A DNA stretch of 64,000 nucleotides from assembly GCA_051294375.1 (NCBI GenBank), contig CM119271.1, forward strand, positions 2,060,677-2,124,676, in the 5' to 3' direction. Both the position numbers and the translations under genes were made by a program. The stretch is from Paraspadella gotoi. Lineage: Eukaryota > Animalia > Chaetognatha. Positions 63,505-64,000 of this stretch are shown piece after piece. Under the pieces are notes generated by a model, which was not told where the DNA came from, made no database searches, and saw nothing but the letters and a program-made list of their open reading frames with translations. Each line of letters begins with the position of its first letter. Positions within the stretch are counted from its first letter, which is position 1.

Positions 63505-64000
63505 TCAGTAAGGAATCTGGCGATAAAGCTGACAATCGCGACGAGTCTCCGTACGACAAGAGTAACTCCTGCAGTGCAAGCGATCGTCGCGAAACTGACC
63601 CGGACGAAGACTGAACGAGTGGCGGCGATTCGGTCCCCAGTGAGGATTAAGGATTTTCAAATTTCGCTTCCAGTCGACGGAATCCCGCTTGATCTGTTCG
63701 AAGCCGCGATCGCCGGAAACGATGGTAAAGTTGATCTCAGGGTGCAGGAGATGGTGGAGCAGGCCGATGCGGAGCACCTGCGCCGATTCGTGAGATCGTC
63801 GAATCATCGATTAATATTACTTAATTGTAACGATCGAATAATATTTAATATTACATAATTGTAACGATCGATATACCAGGGCAAAATCGGCGGCGTCCTT
63901 CTTGGTCCCAGCGATGGTTTCTTCGAAACGCTTCGTCCGAACCAAATCGTCGAAGAAACAGTTTCCCACCGGACGATACCAATCCGTCTTGGCGCCCCAA
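63505..64000 (-). CDS. 3' part of a gene with a PIN/NYN-like domain (ZNF451 C-terminal PIN-like type); continues beyond the window
   Basis: TIAGTKKDAADFAL|...IGLLHHLLHPEINFTIVSGDRGFEQI fits the KDAAD...SGDxGF motifs of PIN/NYN-like folds. Confidence 0.65.

Overview
Eukaryotic, intron-rich, gene-dense DNA from an invertebrate animal (AT-rich introns, CpG-rich exons); the taxon cannot be fixed from the sequence. The + strand carries a 5-HT2-type GPCR, an alpha-1,3-fucosyltransferase with an altered active-site motif and a KY/hillarin-type transglutaminase-like peptidase. From 19.7 kb to the end, 12 genes or gene fragments all lie on the - strand: TBC1D12/14-like, a ZNF385/ZMAT-type zinc finger, three tandem RIG-I-like helicases with an N-terminal death effector domain (DED) instead of CARDs plus a DED pseudogene, a Schlafen/AlbA_2 protein, 14-3-3, TACC, DDX49, a PEAK/PINK1-type pseudokinase and a PIN-like domain gene. 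The most striking signal is non-coding: a family of small non-autonomous LTR elements whose ~255-bp LTRs (TGTGG...GCCATA, 4-bp TSD) contain a tRNA-like Pol III promoter followed by a complete, covarying P5-type twister ribozyme fold. One full TRIM with identical LTRs (54942-55690), one divergent solo LTR in sense orientation in an RLR intron (35009-35265) and further relatives are present, which suggests a twister-based animal LTR retrozyme able to release a 494-nt monomer or circular RNA. All alignments and folds were done by eye and need computational and experimental confirmation.
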